A stretch of DNA of 64,000 nucleotides from Psilocybe cubensis. Its lineage: Eukaryota. This document shows positions 36,294 to 48,231 of the stretch, in pieces. Position 1 is the stretch's first letter; every line of letters starts with the position of its first letter. The notes beneath the pieces are model-generated. The model saw nothing but the letters and a program-made list of their open reading frames with translations. It was not told where the DNA came from and made no database searches. Both the position numbers and the translations under genes were made by a program. The DNA lies in contig CM039008.1 of assembly GCA_017499595.2 (NCBI GenBank), positions 744,001 to 808,000 of the forward strand, given 5' to 3'.

Positions 36294-39200
36294 ATGCGTC
36301 TCCTCACGCTCTTTCTGCCCACTCTCGCTCTTTTCACGCTCTTTCCCGCCATTGTATCTTCCATCCACCACCCCCACGCTGTTCCACACCGCCGCGACCA
36401 TGCCCGTGCCCGTTCCCCTGCATCCTCCATCATCGCCTCGCGCCAATATCGCATCCCTCGTGATCTTCTAGATGTATGCATCAATGTTAACGCCAACCTG
36501 CTTGCTGATGCATCCCAGCTGCTCGGCCTCTCCTCCCTCCTCGGCGCTCTCAATCTCGGTGCTGATATCGAGCTTTGCCTGTGCCTCAAGGTATGTCCTT
36601 GCTTACTTTTGATCTATAGGTGCATATATGCTAATTTTTTTTTCTTGCAGGACCTTGAACTTTATCTGGATACTAACGATCAACTCTCAGCCCTCATTGG
36701 ACTCCTTGGAAAAGATACAGTCCGCGCTCTTATTACCGCTTTGGTGTGTACCCTACCTCTTTTTATCGTTTCCCAAGCACTTCATTTTTTTTTTGTAGAT
36801 CAATACTTCCCCGGATGCACAACAGTGCTCGTTCCCGCAGCATGCTCACCATACGTGTAACACTGCGGACCCTTGCCATTACGATTGTGATTCGCCATAT
36901 ATTCGCATTGGCGACCAATGCGTCTGTGCACCTCCCAACGTCTCCTGTAACGGTGTATGCGGGGAGTTTCCACAGGTATGCTCCTTTTTCGACGAATATA
37001 TGCGCATACATTGACTAAAATTTGAATCTAGGGTTGTAGCTCCGCTGTCCCCCGTGCTTTGGAGAAAAAGTTTGAGCCGATTACGACTCTTGCGCAAGCG
37101 CGGGCGTCTTGTAGGTCTGGGCAGAGTGTATGTGGTATTCCGGGCAAGGAAAGCACGTTATCGTTCGAGTGTGTCGATACCAGTTCTACAAAGGATAGCT
37201 GTAAGTCTTTTACTTGCACAAATTAACGAGCATTTAGCTGATTTGTGGTTATTTAGGCGGTGGTTGTATGACACCTCATCCGTTTTTCGAGATCGAGCCT
37301 GTTCGTCTTTCCTCGGGCAGAGATTGTACGGCTATTGCCAACGCGAAAAGCACGTCCTGCGCTGCGTCGCGCTGCGTTGTCAATTCGTGCAGAGACGGCT
37401 GGGTTCCTAGCCCGCAGAACGATGCTTGTGTTCCGCATTCCGTCGAGTCGAGGATGCGCAGGGTCAGGAAGCGATCTGAAGCGGATAGTATCGTGGATAC
37501 GGGTGCTACTGTGGATATCGGCTTGCTCATCAGCGCTGTGGTCAAAGCTGTCGTTGCTTTGAATGTTCATGGGCCGGTTACGGTTATCACCAGTCTCCCG
37601 ACATCGTATTCAAGTGACGATCTCGTGCATCTCGACGATATCTATAGCCTTGTTAACGGTGTCGATGCGGCTACCACCGGTCTCGTCACGTCCACTTCCA
37701 TTCCTACCGCCATTTCATACGCGAATGCGTTGCTGGATGTGTCGACGCTTTTGAGGAGCACGTTGAGTGATTGTCAGTGTGTTGCAAGTCTGGGATTGCA
37801 GGATTTGGTTGGTGATGTGGATGATGTTGTTGATAGTGTTGGGAGTTTGCTTGCGGTTTGTAATGCGTCTAGTCCTGTTGGTTCGTCTGGATCGTCTAGT
37901 GCCGTTGGCTCGTCTGGATCGTCGACGGTGTCTGGATCCTCAACGGTTCCGGATATCAGCACACCTGGAGTCTCTGGCGACCCGTTAATCGTTGGGTTGA
38001 CGAGCTTGCTTTCGAGCCTTGGTATCGCCGGGAAATCGGGAGTGGTTGTGGATGGATTGGTCGGTCCTGATACGGCGAGTTCTGTTAATGGTCTTCTTGA
38101 TGGGTTAGGTGTTGGTCCGGCGAATTATAAGCGTCAAGGTGTTCCAGCGAACTATAAGCGCCAAACTATCCCACCTATCAATGCCTTGGTCAACGCGACT
38201 GTTGGTACCGACTCTGGGTTGTTGGACCGGTTGACTGTTATTGTGAATTTGGTTATCAATTTGACGGGGTCTGCGCCTGGGGCATCTACGAGTACGAGCG
38301 CGGGCACGACTACGACCACGGATTCGCCTATCAAGTCTGCAGGCTCGTCCTCCACTGCGCTCTCTGATTGTCTCGTTGATCCCGTCATCTTTGGATCTCT
38401 ATACCAATATGCCATCAACCTGGTCGAATCGCCTGATTTTGAGACGCTTTGTCGGAATACTGTTACGCTGCTCGAGGCTGAGCGGAGCTTGAAGGGGTTG
38501 TTTGAGGCGTGTCCGTACGTTGATAGTCTGGGGCTGGGAGGGGTTGTGGATGATTTGGTGTTGGTTTTGAGGGAGACTTTGGGGTTGGATGAGTGGTGTG
38601 TTGAGAATTTTGGTGGTTCTGGTGTTGGGGTTACTACGTCTGTGGGGAGTTTGGCTGCGCCTGCGACTAGGTCTGCTTCGCCTACGACTGCTTCGCCTAC
38701 GACTACGTCTGCTGGGACTAGTGTATCGGTTGTTGTGGGTGTTGCAGCGAGTTCTGCTGTGTCTCATATCACGTCCACCACTTCCATTCTTCCCGCCGTG
38801 TCAACAATATCGTCGACCACTGCTCTCGTCCATCCACCGTATTCGTCTACAACACCTGTTGCCTCTGCAGCCGCCGCCCCCGCCACTGATATTCCTATTG
38901 TCGTCAGTCTGGATGATGTTCTTGCGGGATTGGGACTGGGCGGGACGAAGGCTGTTGTTAGTGTTGATGGAGTTTTGGGGGATGGGTTGGATGAGAGTGT
39001 GGATGGGCTTTTGGATGGGGTTGGGATTGGGCCTCATGATGTTAAAAGGGACACGGGTGGAGAACATAACATCGAAAGAAGCACGGATCGTCGTCGACAG
39101 ATTGTTGCGAATGTGAATGCGACTGTGGATCTTTCTGGACTTGAGCTTGGAGGGTTGGTTGATGAGCTTGTTGGTCTTGTCCTTGGGTTGGATGGGCTGC

Positions 39201-39844
39201 GTTTGGGAGGGTCTAGTGGAGGTGTGGTGTCGTCTGGTACTACTGCGAGCTCGGCGGCTCCGGTTCTTGGAATTCCGCTTGTGGTTCCTTTGATTTCGGA
39301 TACAACTTCGTCTCTAGTCGACACGGCATCTCCTCTACTCGACCAAGCACTCGTCTCAAACGTCGTATCAGCCGTCCTCTCCCTCCTCTCTTTGAAATCG
39401 CCGACCTATGGACAGTTGTTGAATGCGCTTGATGGTGTTTTGTCTGCTTGTTCGAGTGCAGTTGGGGGTTTCGAGGATGAGAATGTAGATAGCAGTGCGG
39501 TGGATGGGTATTTGGAGGGTATTGTGAGGGTTGTGAAGGTGTTGGAGGGTGTTTGTGTGCAGGCTGCGTCTTCTGGCAATTCATCCTCTGTCAAAGACGA
39601 TGCAGACCATCCATCCTCTGTCAAAGACGATGCAGACCACCCTCTTGTCGTCGGGCTCACCAAGCTGCTTAAAGGACTCGGCCTTGATATTTCAGCTGTG
39701 GTTGTTGTTGATGGGCTTTTGAGTGATGGTTTGGATGAGGGCCTTGATGGTGTTTTGGATGGGGTTGGTATTGGGCCTGGTGGGGCGGTGGCTACTACTA
39801 GGAGGAGGAGGGGGAGGGGGAGGAGGTCGGAGCAGGATTGGTAG
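36294..39844 (+). CDS. Secreted priA/CPL1-like Cys-rich protein with a long repeated C-terminal extension
   Basis: Signal peptide MRLLTLFLPTLALFTLFPAIVSS, Cys-rich exons, CPL1-like ECVDTSSTKDSCGGC...GRDCTAIANAKSTSC..SRCVVNSCRDGW, then an ~790-aa extension in the same ORF. Confidence 0.85.
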
Positions 39845-40473
39845 GTGGAGGTTGGGGTGCTTTTTTCTTGTTGGCTGTGTTTCTTTTCTTTCTTGCGATG
39901 CGATGCGATGCGATTTTTTCTTTCTCTTTTTCGCTTTCTTCCATTCCGAGTCGGTTACAACTTCCCTTCGTTTGGCTTTTTGTGATAATGTCGGACACAT
40001 ACATACACATACACGCACATACATCATATCATATGTTACGCACATCATATGTTATCAGTGACTTTTTAGTTTTACTTTAGTTTGCAATGAAATTGTGATG
40101 TTGTTGGTTTTTTTGAATTCGGTGTGTAATACTTTTGTTGATATAGAGAAAGAAAGTTCGATATTGAGCCTTCAATTAAAACTTCTCAGAATCGCTGGTT
40201 TGGTTTGGGGTAGCTTTGGGATGGATGAGTCGTGAATCGCTGGAATCAGTCTCATTTTTCGAAAGCTCGATATCGTATATATATATATATATCTTATTGT
40301 ATCGTTTTTCTTGATCTGGGACTTGATGATGTTATTGTTGGATTTTGTGATGTTGTTGGATGTTGTGATGATGTGCGACACATAGGTATATTATATACTA
40401 GTATGGATGTGTTGCCAGTGATTTGTATGGTATTCGTTATTTTACTTTACTTTATTTTATATATGATGATATT

Positions 40474-40680
40474 GTGGATTTGTGCACTTGGAACTTGTGC
40501 ACTTGGGACTTGTGGATTTGGAACTTGTGGATTTGGAACTTGTGGATTTGGGACTTGTGGATTTGTGGACTTGGGACTTGTGGATTTGTGGACTTGTGGA
40601 CTTGTGGATTTGTGGATTTGTGGATTTGTGGACTTGGGACTTGTGCACTTGGGACTTGTGGATTTGGGATTTGTGGATGT
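40474..40680. repeat. Degenerate 7-8-bp tandem repeat (GGA[C/T]TTGT / GGACTTG)
   Basis: About 200 bp of interleaved GGATTTGT, GGACTTGT and GGAACTTGT units. Confidence 0.9.
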
Positions 40681-42452
40681 GCGTCGTGCGTCGTGGGCCC
40701 GCAGTGTTAGTACTCTACTCAGGTTCCTGGAAATGTATATGGTAATTTGATTTCCACAAATGTCTGTGTCTGTGCTGGGCCCACGCTGGGCGCTGGGCAG
40801 TTTGCCACGGGCACGCTGGGCATTTCTGGATTTCAGGGACAGGGACGGGGCGCTAGGGCGCCAACTCGCCAACGGTGTGTATTGGGAGGTGCTGACTGGG
40901 ACTGCTGACGCCGCAGTGCGCACGCGAATTTGTTTGGGTGATATTTCAAGATTAGTAGTTATCAGGTGTCGGCCAAAAAAAAAAAAAAATTATATTGGGT
41001 CCAATGTGTTTTCGCACTTTCCAGTGTTTTACTTTCGATGCAAGGCCAGTGTGCAGTGGTTTTGCTCCTACTAGTAAACTCCTGAGTACGACCGAGCGAG
41101 TTCAGAGGGATAAAGGGTGGGTGTCCCTGGTTTGCACTGATATAGTAATATAGTAAACCCAATCTCAATCTCAATGACGATAAATCAGTTCAGAGTTCAA
41201 TTAATCAATCACTTTTGCTTGGTGCGCTGGTTGGGGAGGGGGAGGCCGAGGAGGCTGGGACGCGCATGAAAGTTTTAGGTTTTTAGTTTGCGTCGCTGCT
41301 AAACTTGAAGCGGCTGATCAGTGATATTAAACTTAAATCTAAAATTCTTTGTTTGTTGTTAATTGTGCACGCTTTTGGGTTAAGCCGGCATGCCGAAATG
41401 TTTTGTTGAACCTTGCTTGCTTGTTTGTTTGTTTAATTTGTTTTTTATTGGACGCGCAAGTTGTGATGCGAAACGGTGATGCGTGAATTGTCGATGAGAT
41501 GTGGTTGTCTGTTGAGTATTTTTTTTTGGATGTTTGAGTTGGTTCGTTGGGATGTTTGAGTTGGTTCGTTGAAAGGAAGGAATGAAAATTTTCCTGTTGG
41601 CCTGTTTTGAACACTGGAAGTGGACACACAACCTGACTGAGATGATTGCCGATTTGACCGCCGATGTGTGTATAAATTTAATGCGCGTACTGGTTTGTCA
41701 TACATGAATCAATCAAAGGGCGGTAACTAATTGATCCGTTGCTTTTTAAAAATCCCCCCTGGCGTCTGTTTATTTATTCCCTCTGACATGATGTAAAAAT
41801 AAACTTCCGTCACCAGAGGCGTTGAACTGTCTCTTTTTTCTCCTTTTTCTTCGTACTCCAGGAACACAGGTGGGGTGATGATATGAGCGTACCGTCAGGA
41901 CAGTGGATATACGCGTTTTTATCAACGTTTGTCGCTGACGTCGGTACAGCCGTCGCAATAAGGTTCGGAGAACGATCGGCGCTTGGGAATCGTAAAAGGA
42001 AATTGCCTACGCCAAGGACGAGTTGCGGAACAGTAGGACGGAACGGGAAATCAACGAGCACATCTAACTAACCATTGCTTGTGGAGATCGCGGTGTGCTA
42101 CTGCGGAGTGGATTCAAATCTATTGAGAAAATTTTTATCTCGACTGCTACGCTTCTTCAGCGGGGAAACTTTGAACTACTTGACTGTGAATCAACGCGGG
42201 TTAGTGTATGACATTTTCGAGGTGGGAGTGGGTGTGTGTGGTTGGTCGGCACATATGTCATCGTAATTAAGTGCGGGTTCTTGGTTTTTAATTAAGGCAC
42301 CTCCGTTCTTTCGAAAGGAATATTAGCCTTCGGCTTTGGTGTGGTCAAAACATGCAGTTGCAACTTGCGTGACCTGGTATAAATTTGTAAGTTTGTACGA
42401 GGGCCTGGTGGTACGCGCACCCTTTACCCCCGAACCCTCCCCATCTTCCAGC

Positions 42453-44195
42453 ATGGCGTCACTGAGCAATGGACAGTTGGCCCAGATTGTCAAAGGCCTG
42501 AATACCGTCAGGGTGAGGAATCATCTTTTATAGATTTCGGAGATTCTTTACGGTGGCTGATTTTTTTGAGTCTCCAGAGCGCACAACGTGAGTTGTTGTT
42601 CACCGCCCGAGATGGATTGTCGGATTGTTGCTGAATTAGATCGACGACGGGCAGTTGCGGCAGGCGTGTTCTTTGCGTACGACTGGATGCTTACATTGGG
42701 AATGGAAATCGAGCTCATCTGGAAGGCGAAATGGACGTACATTAAGGTGTTATACCTTTTTCAAAGGTATCTTACTTTCTATGATACATTCTATGCCTCC
42801 TACTTGCGTGAGTCCTTGCGTTCCTTTTTTTATCTGACAGGCTGATTTAAACTTCCGTCTTCAGTTATGTTTGGGAAGAACTTGAGCAAGGAAACGTGCA
42901 AGAGCTTGTTCACGCAAATGCGAGGTCAGTAAGTTCTCTAAGGGGCAGCGTTGTGGATTCTAACAAAGGTTCATCCGAATATAGTTTCGTATCTGGTCGG
43001 TATCATAGCGGCTGAAAGTAAGTTCGATGTCGACTGAACAATTAACTAAAAGAGGGGCGCTAAATCGACGTGTTTCTATGCTTGTCCAGCGCTATGCAGC
43101 ATACGAATCTGGGCCGTGTGGAATAAAGACAGGCGCTTTTTCATCATTCTCCCCATATGCGCGATATGCATTTGGGGTCCGGCGACCGCCGCCATGGCCT
43201 CTGCCATCGTTGTATCACAATGTAAGCCGAGCTGTTGTTTTTTTTTTTAAAAAAAAAAAAATCGACGCAATTTTCTAATACTTGGCCACATTCAACAGAC
43301 ACAGACGCTCCTTACCGTGGCTTCGTTGGATGCTTTAATACCAACGCAAAAGATATCCATCTAGAATATGTTTGGGCATGTCTTCTTGCCTACGACGCGA
43401 GTAAGTTCGCAGTTACCAGTCTCTTTTAGACGCCCGTTGATCATGACGTCTTTTTTTTTTTTACCAAAATAGTATCATTGGTTTTGGTCATGATTCCAGG
43501 AATCCGTATTTGTACGTTGCTGTTCACCTGCTTCACGATCAACGGGACACGCGTGTAACTCATGTATCTCTGAAGATCACCAGGGTCTAATTGGTCGTTC
43601 TCGGTTATCGCACGTTGTTTTCCGCGATGGTGAGCACCCTCATCGACATCTTTTCGTGGTTATTGTGGTGCTAACTTTAAATTCTAGGTGTAATCTACTA
43701 TATTACTCTGTTCCGTGTGTTGCTTTTCATTTTTTTTTTGCTGCTGTTTTAATCTCACTCGTGCGATCATCTAGTTTTCTCACTCCTTAATATCATTTTT
43801 TCCGTTTCATTGGAGGTGAGTAATCGAAATTCTCGGAATCAGCGCACAAAGTCCTTCCTTCTGATCTATCAAATAACAGTCCGCCACACGATCCTCCCTC
43901 GCAAAGTACGTTCATTCAGTCGTTCATTTCAGTACCCTAGAAGCTGACTATTTTGTCGCTTAGTATGGGTCGTGCCCTACATTCGACTCTCGCAAGTCGT
44001 GTTGTGCTTCACATGCGTGACACAGTACACACACCACGCTCAGACTACGAAGTGGCTGCAAAACATATGAGGGCATCCAACGTGCATTTCACGAGGACTG
44101 TTCACAGGGACGACGGCGCAGTCATCGAAAATGTCATTTCAGACGACTTCATGCATACCATGCATACCACTACTGATGGTAGCGATACCTTGTAG
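42453..44195 (+). CDS. DUF6533 membrane protein, inverted paralog of 29286-30957
   Basis: MASLSNGQLAQIVKGLNTVR, FFAYDWMLTLGMEIELIWK..YLFQRYL, IRIWAVW, VFRDGV, MGRALHSTLASRVVLHMRD. Confidence 0.85.
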
Positions 44196-44478
44196 CATCG
44201 TTAATATACTATTTGTTGTCCCTAAGCGAGTCGAATATTTTTTAGAGGAGATTTCGTTGCTGCAACGGTAAAGAATTAGATTTTTTGTACCTGTATCAGC
44301 TTCGGAGAGATGCGGTCATTACTTTCTGGAAAGTCACCTTCGGCATTGTGTCGGTTGAGGAGACAAATGAGGTAGACAATATTTTAAGACGTCTAATATT
44401 TCTGAGACTGGAAACTTGAAGAAAGCGCAGTTGAAGCCCATTAAATATATTGTCATCTATTACTTACTTAAAGTTTAT

Positions 44479-45835
44479 TTACAGAAAGACAAAGCTGGTC
44501 CTATTTTGCACATCTTCATTCCTAGCCACGAGTGTCAGATTCCGTCCACCGTCAACCCTACTAAACACAGCGACGCCACCCTCGGTGTTAGCACCGGCAA
44601 TAAGAAATTGGTCTCCTCCGTCCTCAACATGGCCCAATGCCATGCTGCGAATTTGGGTCAATCCGGTGAAAGTTTGTGATTGCAGAACAAAGGCAGAGGG
44701 ATATGCGTTGCCAGAGCCTACTGTTTCTTGACGACGAGACCACGAGCGCGCATGGGCACGGCGTGAAATGGGAGCATCAGACACTGGATCCGCGCCCGTG
44801 CAATTCTTGAACTCATAAATTGCAACTGTATCTCCCCTGGGATCGAAGTCTGGGCCTAGATTCCTATTGCTCACATAGATTAAAGGGGTAGGGAATTGCT
44901 CTGTGGGCTCAGAGATGATCAGCTCTGCAACGCGGAACGATGCGTTCAAACCGAGATCGTCCTGAGGGATAGTAGAAACATTGGCTAGAAGAGGCTGTGT
45001 AGTGCCGTTCGGTGCTTCGGGGATCTGCTGCGCGGTGAGAGTGGATGTTAGCTCGTTTACAACGAAGAGGATGTTATCATGGACAGCGAGGTGACGAGGG
45101 CCGTTTCCGGGTGCCACATCGATTTGTCCTTGAACAATGAAGTTCCCTGGTGTTCCAGTGTTCTTGAGACGCCAGATTTTGTCCGCGCCCTACAACTGTT
45201 GTCAATAACATTGAAAAACACAGAAAAAAATGATGCGAACAAAATCAGCAATGAAAACCTCCCCATTGAATTCGAGCGACATGTGGGGATTTGAAGGACC
45301 TCCGTTAACAGGGAAGTTCACGACGGGAGAATCTCTCTGGAAATGCAAAGGATCCCCCGGAACAGTGGCCACCAAAGAACAATTTGGAGACCCAAACTAA
45401 TCAAAGAGAGAGAGAGCAGTTAGCTACAGATTGGAATCTGAAACGAAAGTCGAAACGCACGTTCATGGCAGTGACCTCGCCTGTAGAAAGCGGATTGGTG
45501 AATGTGGGGCCATTCCCTCCAGAGGAAACTGTGTCCACCAATGTCAAGCCACCATCCGCGTTAACCAAGAAGGATTGAAGGCTTCCAATGGGTCCAATTT
45601 CGTTAACCGCACTTGGAACAAGCCAAGACGAGTCGAATTAGTATTTCAACTCACATAATTCATGATTAGTTACTCACTATAGGATGCTCGAGTTTTCTGG
45701 GTGCAAGGCGATCCAAGAAGGGTTCGGGCCAGTCGTCGTCTGCTCAGTGAGTGTCAACGTAGACGCATCAGAGTTGAATACGTATGTTGCAATAAAGGTG
45801 GAGAATCCGCCAGCTAGAATGGTGAAATTGACCAT
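44479..45835 (-). CDS. 7-bladed beta-propeller lactonase (YbhE/6-phosphogluconolactonase / 3-carboxy-cis,cis-muconate cyclase family)
   Basis: MVNFTILAGGF..GPNPSWIALHP, SNPHM, GNGPRHL, VVNELTST, IYVSNR. Confidence 0.85.
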
Positions 45836-46897
45836 GGCTGAAGCACAACTTGAATGAGGTAGAATCTACTACAAGCCTCAAGGTGTAAACAAGCGACGAA
45901 TGAGAGTGACTGGTCGCGCAGCGATCAAAGTATTGTAAAGAGCTCGTTAGCACTGGGCTACGAGAATGATTAAATGACGAGGGAAGGAGATGATGGGCGG
46001 AGGAAGGATGTGCGAGGTTAAAGTACTCCGGGGAGGGTGCCACCGTAGATGGCCTACGAAGACAATGAGGCTGTCGGTGATACCGGCCACAGTGGACGAA
46101 ATAGTAGCATCAGTGGCACATCTAGCGACAATAGTCATTTGGCCTTCATTTGGCCATAGATTTTATGGCTATGAATGATGCTGATGTGAACAGAAGAAGA
46201 CTTGTGGAGGTGATGCTCCTTGAGACGTTTGGATTTGGAGCTAGGTAGTCCGTATTACTAGGACCATAAGAAGTTTGTATTGACGGTTGCTTAGTTATTT
46301 AGATCGACGTTGGTTAGGTTCAAATTGACTGTAACGATCATAGAAGTTTTGGCTTGGCTTTGGAGTCTACTAAACTCAATTAAAACTGCTGATCAACCTT
46401 GTGTATATAGTACACCGTATAATACAGAGAGATTGGTTGAGGTAATTAACTACGAAAAATAATATTTACTTGACGAGCTTGGAGGGTGGGGCGAATCCTC
46501 AGGGACAGTCTCTTTCACATACTCCAAAAGTTTTGGAATGGCAAAAAATATTGTGTAACTTGCGCCATGGATTCTAAAGACCAATCCAATCTACAATTCC
46601 AATTATGGTGCCCGTGAAAATTACATTTCTTGTACCCTTTAATAAATGAAATATGTAGCAGTGACATTGTCAGTTCGGACTGGCATGTTACAATGATCCA
46701 TACACCTCGAAAGTATTAAGGAAACCACCAGCCTTGATGACGACAAGGTTGAAGTCAAGTCGTATATTCATATCGAATGACCTGTCCTTCAAGAAAATTA
46801 ACGTCGATATAGCATGGGCATATTGATGATAAACGTCTATTAAGCAATAAGCGATTGCTCTAGCAATCAAGCGCCGTGTTCAAGAGTTTGTTTGGCT

Positions 46898-48059
46898 TTA
46901 AGAAGTCTTTTTCTTTGCTCTTTTGACTGCACCAAGATGCCCAACTTTGTGAGGAGTTAACGTCTGTGGAACTTTGCTATGCACTGCACGAACGGTAGTT
47001 CCACCGGACTGTGATGAAATCAGCCAATGTGTTTTAATTGTCCGTGCAGCGAATAGGATTCCAAGGACAGCAGCCGAAAGAGACGCAGCACCAAGGGATG
47101 TGAGAGGAGGGAAGTCCGCGTCGGCGTGTGGTTTCCGAGTCACAGAAAGAAGAGGAGAAGAGAGAATGAGCGTTGTATATGTATGTAGAGGTGCAAACGC
47201 GGGATGGTTCGTTGTGCTGCTGTAGATGAGTGCTATGTGGGGATTCAGTGTTCCCAACCATAAGAATCGCGCTGTGATACATAAAAGTCGGAACTCACCG
47301 ACAAGGGAGCCTCCCCATACATCAAGGGTACCTGCCCATCCAGCGCCAGCACGTAGAACTGGGGGTGTACTTAACGCCCAATTAGGTGTCCAGGCAGACA
47401 TGGTGGCAACAGTAAGCCCTCCGCCGCTGGAAACGATTGCCCCGATGATTAGGTGAGTAAGAGGTGAATTTTGATATTCGGGGTGGACTTTATGGGAGGA
47501 GAGAAGGCCTAGTGTGGAAACCACTGCATTTGTCCGCAATAGCGCGTCTAAAGGCCATAAGATAGTGTCTAACACTGGCGGGTACAGGAGCTGTTGTGTG
47601 TCTTAACACCTGCAGAAAGGGAGTACGCGTCAAACACGTACATCGGGCAAAATTGTGAGGATGAGCATGACGATAAGATTGACAGAAACATAGTTGAGCG
47701 CTGGACCAAAAGAATACAGCATAGGTGGGGGTAACCCTAACATGAAATGTGATAGAAGACCGCCACCCCAACTCTACATTGATCGGGATTCGGATGTTAT
47801 CGTTTGACACAGAAAGAGATATAAATGAAGGACATACCATAAGCAAGAAGCCCGCAATGTGCGTTCCCCAGGAAAGAGGCGCTCCCGACGCTCCTCTCTG
47901 ACGCACATTCGCCTGAAAGATGATCGAAACCCTGGCAGCATGCAACGTAGGCGCCAGCGCGAATGGAAACCACACAGGATGCACCTTTGTGTTGTTGAGA
48001 TAGTACAAAGCGTCCGCAATGGGACTGAGATAATTTGCAGCAGACAGTGCCAACTCCAT
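46898..48059 (-). CDS. Multi-pass membrane protein with two GGG-containing helices (TRIC-channel-like)
   Basis: MELALSAANY..., WGGGLLSHFMLGLPP and LIIGAIVSSGGGL, plus several hydrophobic segments. Family call rests on motif resemblance only. Confidence 0.6.
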
Positions 48060-48231
48060 GGTACTGCCAATGTGGGGGATTGGAAGTCTTAAAAGGCTTT
48101 CCCCTGCTTGCCCATGCTCGTGGCAAAGGTTCCGGCCGTTCGCACGCCCCGGCAATTGTGGATTCTCATGATCTCATACCGAACTGATCTGGCGATCATA
48201 TAAATTGCTGAGGAGGTTGAACCCCCACCCC

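Noticed and set aside
40232..40923. ORFs with GTCGF / STSPK / WDLWI repeats, considered as a RiPP precursor, telomere or CRISPR-like array
   Set aside because: Open in several frames because the 7-8-bp repeat lacks stop codons. No leader, no TTAGGG and no unique spacers.
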